From a virus, in the IMG/VR virus record IMGVR_UViG_3300028610_000244, positions 1-64,000 of that record: a DNA stretch of 64,000 nt, one strand, 5' to 3'. The notes under the pieces are model-generated. The model worked only from the letters and a program-made list of their open reading frames with translations, ran no database searches and was not told the DNA's origin. Below, one piece after another: positions 49,264 to 58,951 of the stretch; positions within the stretch are counted from its first letter, which is position 1; every line of letters begins with the position of its first letter. The position numbers and the translations under genes were made by a program.

Positions 49264-49738
49264 GTCGCCTCCACTCTCTTAATTGTTCTGCGTATGTGGG
49301 TACACCCGCGTCATTGAACTTGCACTGGCACACCTTGATCGGATCAGCTCCGCCTTCTCGCTCAGCACCAAAGTGATACTTGAAGCCAGCGACGTACATA
49401 CGGTGACATCTGATCCAGCACCAGAAGCTCCGCCGCTTCGGCCAAGGCTCGTAATGGCAGCTACCGTCGCCGGTGGCACACTCACCAAATGAGCGTAGGT
49501 GTTTGCAGTCGGTTTCGGCTCCAGGTTCTGCGTGACATAGATAGGCTTTACTCATGGGCTTCTTCGCTCCACAATAATATTTCTGAACCTCAGCAGCGGA
49601 CACTTCACCGGGTACGAGAAGTCATGCGTCGGGGTGACGTCCTCCGCAGCCCCGCAATGCGACTCCTGGGTAAACGGACAGTTCATACACCCTTCATCAA
49701 TCTGGATGGTGAACGTGTCACCTGATGTAGTTGTGGTC

Positions 49739-50215
49739 TTAGCCATCGTTGTTGATCCTCCCATGCTCGTAAGGTATGTCACAGCATATCAACTCGGCTT
49801 GCAGGTTTGCTAACGCCTCAGTGATCGGCTTGACCAGCTCCATTGCTTCATCGGCAGTCCACTCATAGGTGTAGGCAGTGACACCGTCTCCCTTCCGCTT
49901 GTAGCGTGACGTCAAGTGCTCCAGCTTACGGATCGCCTCCAGGGCTTGCCCTTGTCGCTTCTTGCCGATCCTGGCAAACTTCTCTCGTCTGGTCTCAGTC
50001 TGTTTCAGGACAGGCACGGTCTTGACAGATTCTTTAGCCGCCGTTGACACATGTACGAGCGGCGACGGTATCAACTCTACCCCTGGCACTTCCTTTGTCG
50101 AACCTGGGACCGTTCGATCCCAGTTAATCGGCGTCCAATCTACACAGGCTTCGTCTCTGCCCGTACACTCATCGCGGTAGGTGTCACAAGCTAAGCATCT
50201 TTTGTCAACTGCCAT
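49739..50215 (-). CDS. hypothetical protein
   Basis: KFARIGKKR..ALEAIR.L..L...YEWT pattern. Confidence 0.6.
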   Translation of the reverse strand: MAVDKRCLACDTYRDECTGRDEACVDWTPINWDRTVPGSTKEVPGVELIPSPLVHVSTAAKESVKTVPVLKQTETRREKFARIGKKRQGQALEAIRKLEHLTSRYKRKGDGVTAYTYEWTADEAMELVKPITEALANLQAELICCDIPYEHGRINNDG

Positions 50216-50768
50216 TAGACTTCCTCCACGTTCATAATTTCGCCTTCGCCCAGGTCTGTCTCGCTGATAAGGTCTTCCAGCTCAAAGGGATCATGGAAAG
50301 CACCTGGGACCATGAGCGTAACCCGAACGGTGACATCGGCTGTCACTTCATGGCATTGACCCTTCGCCATCGAAACATGGATGTCATGCTCTGCGTCTCT
50401 TGCGTCTTCGTCACACATCTTTCTTCTCCTCGATGTACGGATAGGTCACGTAACGTCCCGGCAGGTTCGGGTGCTCGACCGCCATCATTCGGCACCTGCA
50501 ATCATCAATAGGTTCGCCGCAGTTGTGGCAGACGCCGTCACTCATTTCTTCCTCGTCTGCTTGTGAATCTTGATTGAGGCCCAGAACATTGCCTCGACCG
50601 AGACGATCACGTACAGGTCTCCAGGCTCTTCGTCCAGCTTCGCCCTGATCCACTCCTCAGCGGCGGCAGTGTCGTCAAACTGTTCAGGCACGATGTCCGG
50701 CTTCCACTCCTCGAAGAAGCTGTTGGACAGCACCATCACTTTTCCTTTTGGTGGACATTCTGGCTGTT

Positions 50769-51581
50769 TCATTCGTAGTTCCTCACTGTTTCAGCAATCG
50801 GAAATTGTGGCACGCCTGAATCGTAGAAGTCCCAGCAATGGATCGTCAGCATCTGTCCAATGACTTCTTCACGCTCGGCCCACATCTCGTATCGGTCAGC
50901 GTAAGGACCGTCTGGGCTCGCACCAAAGGTCGTCTTGTCGTTGATCGGCTCACCTGGGAAATGCCCAGGTCGCCACAGCCGGTACACCGGCGTGCCGGCA
51001 GCTTTGCCTTTGCCTTCCCAGACCGCCGCAATCATAAACTCAGCGTGCTTGAGGGGCTTGCGTTTCATCAATCGGCCAAGAGCAGAGCCCCAACGATACG
51101 GTGTGTTGGATCGGAAGATCAGGCCCTCATAACCTTGTTCCAGCCACTGCTCGTAGTAGGCGTCAACTTCTTCGATACATGTCACTTGCCTCGTGAGACA
51201 GTCACCACCTACTATTTCGTAGCGATCCACGAAGTCCATCGCAGGGCTCGCCTTGCAGAGACCATCGAAGACCGGGAAGATCAAGTCTTTGCTTAATGGC
51301 TTCTCTTTCTTCACTGCTCCGTTGGTCCGCTGGATGCTGATGCCCATCTCAATTGGGAAGCAGGCTTCGCCGTCTCGCGTCCAACCTTGCGGCACCGGAC
51401 CTAACTGCTCGCGGATCATTCTCTGAATATGAGGCTTGTGTTCGTTGCCTTCTCGTGTCAAGACAGTGACACCGTCATCCATGAAACGGATACCGTTGTG
51501 TTTCGGCTGCACGAACGCCGGGAAGATAGCTCGCTTCGCTTCCCACACTGTCGCCTTCATATAGATTTTTGACTTACTCAT
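50769..51581 (-). CDS. ATP-dependent DNA ligase
   Basis: QPKHNGIR (KxD/NG), DGE, VFD, EGLIFR, LMKRK, GVPQFP; start MSKSK with GAGGAG RBS. Confidence 0.88.
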   Translation of the reverse strand: MSKSKIYMKATVWEAKRAIFPAFVQPKHNGIRFMDDGVTVLTREGNEHKPHIQRMIREQLGPVPQGWTRDGEACFPIEMGISIQRTNGAVKKEKPLSKDLIFPVFDGLCKASPAMDFVDRYEIVGGDCLTRQVTCIEEVDAYYEQWLEQGYEGLIFRSNTPYRWGSALGRLMKRKPLKHAEFMIAAVWEGKGKAAGTPVYRLWRPGHFPGEPINDKTTFGASPDGPYADRYEMWAEREEVIGQMLTIHCWDFYDSGVPQFPIAETVRNYE

Positions 51582-51601
51582 TTTTCTCTCCTCAGTAGTT
51601 A

Positions 51602-51673
51602 AAGCCCTGCTACGAATCGAACGTAAGTTGCCGGGGTCAAATCCCGGTGTAATAGCCACTATACGACAGGGCC
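51602..51673 (-). tRNA. tRNA-Gln (TTG)
   Basis: GGCCCTG/CAGGGCT acceptor, CCGGG-ATTTGAC-CCCGG anticodon arm, TTCGATT T-loop; no encoded CCA. Confidence 0.82.
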
Positions 51674-51791
51674 GGTATAATTGCGTGACACAGTCGATGA
51701 ACGTGGCCTTTGTTCATTCGGCAGGCACCTGCGTCAGGCGTTAGTCCTGTTTCAGTTGCGGGTGTCACTTGCCCGCAACGTCAGAATATAC

Positions 51792-51865
51792 TGGGAACAC
51801 CTGGAGTCGAACCAGGAGTCTCTCGGTTATCGGCCGAGTGCTTTAGCCAGTTAAGCTATGCTCCC
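51792..51865 (-). tRNA. tRNA-Ile (GAT)
   Basis: GGGAGCA/TGTTCCC acceptor, CTCGG-CCGATAA-CCGAG anticodon arm, TTCGACT T-loop. Confidence 0.88.
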
Positions 51866-52140
51866 TTATGATAGCGTGCGTAGTACACCGAGTCGTTACC
51901 GTCCCGATGCCGGGCACCTACGCTGCGTTTCCTGAGTCGCTCGACGCGGTAGCATAAAGCTTCTCAGTTCCCCCGTTTGGTATAATAGCGTGAGAGCCAT
52001 ACAGGGATCAAACCTGCGTCTCCCGAACCCGACCGTGGATGTACGGTCTACAGCCACCTGTCCAATTGCTCAGTGTACGGCCTCGCAATATGAGGACTTG
52101 GTTCGGACGCATCATCTAAATGCTAATGGCCCATCAGTAC

Positions 52141-52222
52141 AGCCGTTGCAGGGCAGCGGGCAGGGCCACGCTTGTGTCCCATCAGTTAGTAAGCACTTGT
52201 CCTCACTGCCCTGCAACGGTTG
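52141..52222 (-). ncRNA. long hairpin / candidate small RNA
   Basis: 14-bp perfect inverted repeat CCGTTGCAGGGCAG...CTGCCCTGCAACGG. Confidence 0.5.
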
Positions 52223-52230
52223 GTATTTTG

Positions 52231-52242
52231 TTTTCAAAGAGC
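52231..52242 (-). promoter_or_regulatory. boxA-like antitermination element
   Basis: GCTCTTTGAAAA just downstream of the tRNA-operon promoter. Confidence 0.55.
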
Positions 52243-52261
52243 TTCGTTCCTCACTGCTTAA

Positions 52262-52289
52262 AGTATAACATATAATTGAATATATGCAA
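52262..52289 (-). promoter_or_regulatory. phage repeated promoter (TTTGCAT class) driving the tRNA operon
   Basis: TTGCAT-16nt-TATACTTTAAG. Confidence 0.8.
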
Positions 52290-52318
52290 ATGAAAACTTT
52301 GAGAATTTGAAGATTCTA

Positions 52319-52864
52319 TTATCGGACTAACTGGACTCCGTTGATCCCAAATTGCCGCCGCAGTTCTTTTCCGGCCACGACGCCCATGTAGTGTGTCACG
52401 GTCTGCAACAGTGCCGAGCAATAGATCGGCCCATGACCTTGACGGTGAGTCGGTACGTGCATCAGCTCATGCAGAGCCGTGATGCGGTGGTTCATGCAGC
52501 CGTTGCCTGGGAATTTCAGCGTGACATCAAACGCCAGGGTCTGCCCGTACACACTTATCTGCTTACGGTTACAGACCGCCGTCTGTTTGCGGCGTCTGCT
52601 AAACTGCACCTTGAACTTCACCTTACCGAATCGGTCAACGAACCACTTATCCGTAGAGACCTTCCGCAAGAAACCCAGCATCGCTGGATTGCTCATCCGT
52701 TCCTCGGGCAGCACCTTCTTCATCTCCCACTCAGACCTATACTCACGACGCTGCTGACTGTCACGACCTAGTGCCTTGTACTTGTATGGTTCCCAATGAG
52801 GCGTCGATGGATGCTTACCAAAACCATCATTCGACACGGGTGTCATCTCAATAGTCATATCCAT
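52319..52864 (-). CDS. zincin/SprT-like metallopeptidase
   Basis: ALHELMH...HGPIY (HExxH plus third His). Confidence 0.7.
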   Translation of the reverse strand: MDMTIEMTPVSNDGFGKHPSTPHWEPYKYKALGRDSQQRREYRSEWEMKKVLPEERMSNPAMLGFLRKVSTDKWFVDRFGKVKFKVQFSRRRKQTAVCNRKQISVYGQTLAFDVTLKFPGNGCMNHRITALHELMHVPTHRQGHGPIYCSALLQTVTHYMGVVAGKELRRQFGINGVQLVR

Positions 52865-52865
52865 A

Positions 52866-53144
52866 TCAGTCCTCCACCAATGTCACCATGTAGGGAAGGC
52901 TTTGGCTCTCGGAGCCATCTTCCCATGCGATCTGTAGACCACAGACCGGACCCACCAGGATGCCGGTAACGATGCCGGTCTGCTTCCCGTACTTAGCCTT
53001 ATGGGCTTTGGTCAGCATCCCCAAGTCGGCGGACTTGACTCTCTTGTTCATGTACTCTGCTTTCAGGTCTGTCACCTGGGCCAGTTGGCTCTCCGCCTGA
53101 TCGTGCTGCTCTTGCTGCATCTGATATAGTCTTGTCTGATCCAT
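52866..53144 (-). CDS. hypothetical protein (SH3-like C-terminus)
   Basis: Start MDQTRL with AGGAG RBS. Confidence 0.55.
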   Translation of the reverse strand: MDQTRLYQMQQEQHDQAESQLAQVTDLKAEYMNKRVKSADLGMLTKAHKAKYGKQTGIVTGILVGPVCGLQIAWEDGSESQSLPYMVTLVED

Positions 53145-53199
53145 TGCGTTCTCCTGTTTGTCTATCTTTACGTGGACTTTTCTCAACTTTTGTCTATGT

Positions 53200-53550
53200 T
53201 TATATGGACTTTTGGGGGTAGTAGTGACCCCAATACCATTGGTCAATCGTGTCCAGGGTGCCGTATGCGTGTCCCTTATGGATGACGCCATAGCCTTTGA
53301 TCCCAAAGACTTCGCCGGTTGCCTTGACGACCATAAGCTTACCAGAGCCGCCCACGTCGATCTTGTCGTACTTCTTGCCGAATTTGATCCAGGTTGTGTG
53401 GTTGACTCGGTTGGGCTCGCAGTCTACGTTGTCAAGCACGAGCTGTGCCAGTTGATCTGCTTCGAGCTTCTGGGCAAGAGCCAGGAGCTTGTCGGCGTAT
53501 TCCTGTTCTGCTATACTTACGAAGTCACGTTTCTCTGCGAATCCAGCCAT
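53200..53550 (-). CDS. hypothetical phage protein
   Basis: First gene after promoter; GAGGAG RBS; GKKYDKI...TGEVF pattern. Confidence 0.65.
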   Translation of the reverse strand: MAGFAEKRDFVSIAEQEYADKLLALAQKLEADQLAQLVLDNVDCEPNRVNHTTWIKFGKKYDKIDVGGSGKLMVVKATGEVFGIKGYGVIHKGHAYGTLDTIDQWYWGHYYPQKSI

Positions 53551-53590
53551 GTCATTCTCCTCGATACTCGGTTGCGTCCTCACTGCTTAA

Positions 53591-53619
53591 AGTATACTAC
53601 ACAGATTGATTCTATGCAA
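53591..53619 (-). promoter_or_regulatory. phage repeated promoter (TTTGCAT class)
   Basis: TTGCAT-17nt-TATACTTTAAG. Confidence 0.8.
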
Positions 53620-53683
53620 ATAGAAAATAAAATTTATTTATGTTTTGCATTCCATGAATATTGGCGTAGACTTTGAAGAGACT

Positions 53684-53715
53684 ATAAAAATAGCCAGGGT
53701 CCGAAGACCCCGGCG
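53684..53715 (-). terminator. intrinsic terminator
   Basis: GCCGGGGTC-TTCG-GACCCTGGC hairpin followed by TATTTTT. Confidence 0.7.
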
Positions 53716-53746
53716 TACTGGAGGAGAGGAGTGAGAGGTGAAGTGC

Positions 53747-54547
53747 TTATTGAAAGATGCGAATACGTAGCTCCGCATCAAGTCTGTTGAGTGGCGTGGC
53801 AAAGCCCATAGAGGCTGTGCTGTTTAGTCGGGCTATTATGATGCCGGCGACCTTTCCATCTACTATGGCAGGTCCGCCGCTGCATCCACCCCAAGCAAAA
53901 CCGTCGTAGACAAATTTATTTTTCCAGTTTTCACTTGACACGCGAGCCCAAGTTATGATAAGCTGGGGCTCGTCGCCGAATGGCGTGCCTATGCAAATGA
54001 CCTCAGCACCAAGAACAGGAGACGGACCCATATCCAACCACGGCCCACATCGGCCTTCTATAATGACCAGGGCTAGATCGTCATTGAAGTCCTCAAGAAC
54101 CTCTACGGCTCTATACTCTACGCCGTCAGGTCCGGTAACGAAGACGGTCTCATCCGCTATTCGGTCATCCACTACGTGCTTCGCAGTAAGCAGCTTATTA
54201 TCGGACACAAAGACGCCGGTGCCCCGTGTCGGTCCACGGAATACAGTTATCGGACCATTTTGTCTCGGCTTCTGCATGACCCGGAGAGTGGCCGAGCTTG
54301 ACCGTAATCGTAGAAGGTCCAACCCACCGTTTGCAGAACCCAACCCACCGTCTGTTAGGTCCAACCCACCCTCCGTAGAACCCAACCCACCCTTGAGCTG
54401 AGCGATCCTGTTGTGCAGAGAATCCAACCCACCCTCTTGCATGTGGTTCCAATGTCGCAGGCTGACTAAGTCACTCTCTTGGCGGTTGCACAAGAAGACT
54501 GTTAATCCAAGTGTCACGGTAAGCAAGATGTTTGTCAGTGTCTTCAT
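53747..54547 (-). CDS. trypsin-like serine protease with N-terminal TM/signal
   Basis: GTGVFV, LTAKHVV, DLALV, GCSGGP; start MKTLTN. Confidence 0.88.
   Translation of the reverse strand: MKTLTNILLTVTLGLTVFLCNRQESDLVSLRHWNHMQEGGLDSLHNRIAQLKGGLGSTEGGLDLTDGGLGSANGGLDLLRLRSSSATLRVMQKPRQNGPITVFRGPTRGTGVFVSDNKLLTAKHVVDDRIADETVFVTGPDGVEYRAVEVLEDFNDDLALVIIEGRCGPWLDMGPSPVLGAEVICIGTPFGDEPQLIITWARVSSENWKNKFVYDGFAWGGCSGGPAIVDGKVAGIIIARLNSTASMGFATPLNRLDAELRIRIFQ
54320..54433 (+). repeat. five phased CAACCCACC repeats inside the protease gene
   Basis: Copies at 54320, 54341, 54362, 54383, 54425 (spacing 21/21/21/42); encode GGL. Confidence 0.88.
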
Positions 54548-54558
54548 AGTTCTCCCTA

Positions 54559-54888
54559 TTAAGCGGATGGGTCTTGTGTAAATGTGGGGCATTCCCAAAC
54601 TGGTGACACTACGCAGTGCCTGACGCAATTCCCATAAATCTGTTGAGCCTTGGGACAATTACCCTGCTCGCCAGGATGAAATCGCTTGCAGTCAAAACAA
54701 AGACAATACTGTCGATGTTTGCCCATGAGATCGGCTCGGACCCACACTCGCTGGCCGTGATGCTCGTACTGCGTGAATCGTTTTGCAGGTCTACGGATGC
54801 CTCGGACCACGGCTCGGCCAACCCAGACGAAGCAGGCCAGTAAGAAGGCCATCCCTGCCGCCACCATTGTGCCTACGATATATTCCAT
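54559..54888 (-). CDS. membrane-anchored Cys-rich protein
   Basis: N-terminal TM helix, six Cys in the soluble part. Confidence 0.6.
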   Translation of the reverse strand: MEYIVGTMVAAGMAFLLACFVWVGRAVVRGIRRPAKRFTQYEHHGQRVWVRADLMGKHRQYCLCFDCKRFHPGEQGNCPKAQQIYGNCVRHCVVSPVWECPTFTQDPSA

Positions 54889-54961
54889 TTCGATTCTCCC
54901 AAGGAGAGGCCGACCGGGCGATGTCTATAACACCGATCCCGATCTCCTGGCCCCGTTAAGG

Positions 54962-55618
54962 TTAAAGTAGTGCCAACGCCTGCTTCACCGCTTTGCGGGT
55001 TTCAGGTGTTTGGCTGGCTTTCAGGATTGACTTGATGTCCAGACCACCATCGCTTTCCTTTGCCGTGACTAACACATTTTTCATAGAGGCGACGAGATTG
55101 ACAATCGTCCTATCCCGCTCATCGACTTCACCTTTGACACCGCCTAGAGCAAGTTCCATATCTTCGGGTGTAATGTCCTGGGGACGTTTACGCATTAAGC
55201 CCAGGTAGCCGCCACCAGCGATGCCGATAAGTCCGAGACCCATAGCAAGCACGCCGGTCGTCGGATTAAAGATGAAGTCCTCACGGGCAACTGCGATCTC
55301 GACGTCACCGTCTACTGTGCCTTTCAGGATGTCATCATTCAGTTTCTTCTTCTCAATCATGTGCTGCAACTCTTGGTCCGTGAGTATAACGGCAGCGTTA
55401 AAGTCGGTCTGTAGTCGTAGCACCGATGCCAAGCTCGGATAGCCGAACAAGCCCCTGTAGTCGTCGGGATCGCCGACACCGGCCTCTGCATTGTAAGCCT
55501 TGACGTCTTTATCAACGCGGCCCGGCGACAGTTCCTGGGACAACGTACCAATACAGCCGCCACCGATCACCACTATTGCCAACACAAGGTAAGCAAGTGT
55601 TCTCTTAATTCTTCTCAT
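54962..55618 (-). CDS. predicted lipoprotein/membrane protein
   Basis: Basic N-terminus, hydrophobic helix, GGGC lipobox-like, second TM helix. Confidence 0.6.
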   Translation of the reverse strand: MRRIKRTLAYLVLAIVVIGGGCIGTLSQELSPGRVDKDVKAYNAEAGVGDPDDYRGLFGYPSLASVLRLQTDFNAAVILTDQELQHMIEKKKLNDDILKGTVDGDVEIAVAREDFIFNPTTGVLAMGLGLIGIAGGGYLGLMRKRPQDITPEDMELALGGVKGEVDERDRTIVNLVASMKNVLVTAKESDGGLDIKSILKASQTPETRKAVKQALALL

Positions 55619-56094
55619 TTCTCGTATCTCCTAATAACTCCATCTACTAACGCTTCGACTGCGGAAATATACGATGATTTCCGCTTTAAGAATTCTCTAT
55701 GCAAATCCACCCTGACGTCCAGGTCCGGGATGTTATTGATGACGAGACTTGCGGCTTTGAATCGCTCATCCAACTCAACTTCTTGTTTCATCAATTCCGT
55801 GTAGACGAGGATGTGGGTGACGCTACAGTCTGTGATCTCCTCAATGTAGTCGGCCTTCGCTACGTCGGTCTTCGCTATATGGCAAAGGATGCTGGCCCCA
55901 CTCCCCAGGGATAGCCGGACTTCTTGAAGCTCAGGCGTCTCCTCAAGGTGGCCGATGTCACTGTATTGGACGTCCATGATCTCTGGAGGTCTCGTGGTCA
56001 AGATCGACTCCTGGAACGCGGCAGGGTTTGTGGAGTAGACTGTGATCGACTCTCTGGATTGGAAGACGAGGGTTATTGGTGTCATGCCACACAC
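55615..56094 (-). CDS. hypothetical protein
   Basis: Coupled ORF. Confidence 0.6.
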   Translation of the reverse strand: MCGMTPITLVFQSRESITVYSTNPAAFQESILTTRPPEIMDVQYSDIGHLEETPELQEVRLSLGSGASILCHIAKTDVAKADYIEEITDCSVTHILVYTELMKQEVELDERFKAASLVINNIPDLDVRVDLHREFLKRKSSYISAVEALVDGVIRRYEK

Positions 56095-56312
56095 TCCTCC
56101 AATTCGGGGAACAAGACTTCGACGTCGCCACCATGAATCTCGCTGAACGCTTGTAACAAAGTTTGTCGGCAGGCGTCCAGTTCTCTTCCGCTATCCTGGT
56201 CCTCGGCAGGACACGCTACGAGGCATTCACTCTCGATGGTGGTGAATACAATGCCGTTTATGTATATAATTGCAGTCGTAATATTCATTCTGTTCTCCAA
56301 TCCAATATCACC

Positions 56313-56341
56313 AGTATATCAACATCAAAGCTCTTTGTCAA
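56313..56341 (-). promoter_or_regulatory. sigma70-type promoter
   Basis: TTGACA-17nt-TATACT. Confidence 0.7.
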
Positions 56342-56618
56342 CCATTTTCAGGATTATTTTCATCTTTTGGTTCGGCAGCTCCTGGACATAGCCCACCCAC
56401 AATTGGACGCACTCTGGGCACCTACGCAGAATAGCCCCATGCCGGTTGAGTACGATCCCGTACAGTACAACCTTATCACGAGCCACGATCACGGGCTTGC
56501 CTAACGCACTCTCACACTTCCTACAATATATCTTTGGATACTGCTCTTGTCTCGGTGTTCCCATTAGTTGCCTTCCTAGAATGGTGGTTGGTCGTCGTTC
56601 TCGGGTACGTCTTGCCAT
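56325..56618 (-). CDS. zinc-ribbon protein
   Basis: CRKC...CPEC. Confidence 0.55.
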   Translation of the reverse strand: MARRTRERRPTTILGRQLMGTPRQEQYPKIYCRKCESALGKPVIVARDKVVLYGIVLNRHGAILRRCPECVQLWVGYVQELPNQKMKIILKMVDKEL

Positions 56619-58951
56619 GCTGTTTTGAATCCTGCTACCTTGTTCCAGGAGTCACGGCACTCCTCAAGTGATGGGATAACATAGCATCTTGGATTGGTGC
56701 AGAATGAGAGCCCAGTGGCGTATGAAGCTCCCGGTTGCGGGCTGACCTTCACTGTCCTTATGGCAGGATGTCCACTAGGTAGAATGCGTGTAAGGAATTT
56801 GGTTAAACGGATCATAGAGCATCGGTTCATGTAGGTGCCGGCGTATTGCTTTACGAAGTTGATGAAGTCGAGGAGCATCTCTTGTTTTGGTAACGCAGTC
56901 ACCCAGGTTTCGTGACGTGCAAACACTCGGCCCTCATGTAGCTTATCATACCACCACGATTCCTCGGGGCTGAGGTTGAGTTGTTTCTGTTCGTTCAGGG
57001 CGTCAGTGGCGGGGGCCTCACGGAGATTTACGGCCGTAAGGTCCAATGTCATCAAGTGATGCAGCAACGCCTCATAGCCGCCGTTGTCCAGCTCGGCTGC
57101 GATCTCACCAAAATATTTTGTATCATTGCGATGATCTTCTGCGGTATCGAGGATGAAAAATCGACGGTCGTCCATTGCAACAGGTACAACCCACTCACTG
57201 TTCGAGGCCATCATAAGGTGAATATAGTTCGGAGAAGCTTCGGAGTCGATACCTTTCTGCTCGACAACGATGTGCTCCTCTGTGATGATAGCTTTGAGGG
57301 TGCCTTCGGCCTTCTTGTCACCAGCAAAGAACGCTTCGTCAGCGAAGAGCATGACTGTGTCTCGCAGGTGTGCGTTGAACGAACCCACCAGATGCTTTGA
57401 TTGTGAGATTTGTAGGAAGTGCTGTCCCCATAGCTTGCCGATGGCTTTGGCAAAGAACGACTTGCCTGTTCCCTGCTTACCCCTCATCACCACTGCGGTG
57501 CCACCGGGGTGATTCGGGTTCTGTACTGCATCCGCCAACCATGTCATCAGATAGGTGTAGTGCCCTTCATTGCCGAGACAGATGTTGGTCTTGATGTGCT
57601 CAAGGAACTTTTCGCAGCTTCCAGGTATGGCCTCACATGTGAACCCACGCCATAGATTGTAGGCTCCGGCCACTTCCTGTCCGGGCACGAATACAATTGC
57701 ATCGAATTGCCTGCGGTTATTGTTCTGTAGCCACCACTTACCCATCGGCATGAACTGGTCAGCACCATTTTTATCCTCACCACATTTAACTTTGCGGTGC
57801 ATGTATCGGTTCGTGAAGTCCGCGAAGGTCTGCATCTCCAGCTTCGGTCTATCAAATGCGTAGTCGTGCTCCTCGGAAATGACTCGGCACTTGCCGCCGA
57901 CCGAGGCGATGACTGCGTGACGTGCGTTCAGCTCTTTGAGGGCAGGATCAATAGCCCATTCCTTCGACCGTTCGATCTGTCGCAAGGCGTAATACTCAGC
58001 ACGCGATCCAAGAGAGATCACTGATTCAGAGATGGCGAAGTCTGGGTCTGTGATGATGGAGAAGATCACGTCATCGGATATACCCGCACGGTGCAGCTCA
58101 CAACAAACGCAGAACAGCGTCTCTGATCTGGAGTCAAACCGATTCGGATCGTCTGGGTCTCGCCCCACGTTGATGAGTACCTTAACCCACCCCTTGACAA
58201 CCTTTGTGCCCAGCTTGTCCAGCTCATCGAGATCACCTATCCGGGCAACGTTGGATGTATTGACGTTGGGAGTCAGCTCTGACTTACCTCCGCTAAACCC
58301 AGAAGAGGCGGACGTCTGGACTGCTTGTGCAGCGGTGAAGTCTGCTACCGGATATGATGCCGTGGCGTCGAAATGAATCAGCTCGGCCATGACCTCCTCA
58401 CGGCCCTTCTTACGCTTCTTCGCATTCGGCCGGTTCATGGTCCCAGGCAGTCGCATGATCCTGCTGATGTCGTGACAGTTGTCACCACCGAGCAATATCT
58501 CAAGCTGCATGTTGTACCGCTTGGCATCTTCGGCCTTGGCGACGTCACCATCTATCTGTATCGGTTCTTCGAGTCGCCAGAAGGCTTGGTAGCCGCCACC
58601 CGAGAAGATGACACATGTCGGCACAGGCTTGAACCCACGAATCTTCTCAAGGATTCTCGGCTGTTCGTCAGAGAGCGGTTCACCGGCACGGGGATCAACA
58701 TCGACGTGTAAATACTCAACTGTTGCAATGTCTTGGCGTGAAGCTTTCTTGGTGACGGCTGCTGTCGTGGGATTGACTGAGAAGTAAATGTTATGGCCGG
58801 GACCATTCTTGGTGAGCCAAGCGTTAACTTTCTTTTCTGCTTTGGCCTCGAAGGTTACAGTGTTGAGCTTTCCGCCCTCTACTGGAATCGCCGTCAGCAC
58901 CCACGGTCCGTTCGGCCTGAATTGTTTCAAGAAGTCAAGAGGTAGTGACAT
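56576..58951 (-). CDS. primase-helicase (RepB/AEP-like primase plus NrS-1-type SF3 helicase)
   Basis: HVDVD, SGGGYQAFW, RIMRLPGT; GKQGTGKS, FADE, MASN, DDRRF. Confidence 0.9.
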   Translation of the reverse strand: MSLPLDFLKQFRPNGPWVLTAIPVEGGKLNTVTFEAKAEKKVNAWLTKNGPGHNIYFSVNPTTAAVTKKASRQDIATVEYLHVDVDPRAGEPLSDEQPRILEKIRGFKPVPTCVIFSGGGYQAFWRLEEPIQIDGDVAKAEDAKRYNMQLEILLGGDNCHDISRIMRLPGTMNRPNAKKRKKGREEVMAELIHFDATASYPVADFTAAQAVQTSASSGFSGGKSELTPNVNTSNVARIGDLDELDKLGTKVVKGWVKVLINVGRDPDDPNRFDSRSETLFCVCCELHRAGISDDVIFSIITDPDFAISESVISLGSRAEYYALRQIERSKEWAIDPALKELNARHAVIASVGGKCRVISEEHDYAFDRPKLEMQTFADFTNRYMHRKVKCGEDKNGADQFMPMGKWWLQNNNRRQFDAIVFVPGQEVAGAYNLWRGFTCEAIPGSCEKFLEHIKTNICLGNEGHYTYLMTWLADAVQNPNHPGGTAVVMRGKQGTGKSFFAKAIGKLWGQHFLQISQSKHLVGSFNAHLRDTVMLFADEAFFAGDKKAEGTLKAIITEEHIVVEQKGIDSEASPNYIHLMMASNSEWVVPVAMDDRRFFILDTAEDHRNDTKYFGEIAAELDNGGYEALLHHLMTLDLTAVNLREAPATDALNEQKQLNLSPEESWWYDKLHEGRVFARHETWVTALPKQEMLLDFINFVKQYAGTYMNRCSMIRLTKFLTRILPSGHPAIRTVKVSPQPGASYATGLSFCTNPRCYVIPSLEECRDSWNKVAGFKTAWQDVPENDDQPPF

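Noticed and set aside
51582-51659. N-terminal extension of the ligase ORF
   Set aside because: It overlaps tRNA-Gln; a better start with a GAGGAG RBS is at 51581.
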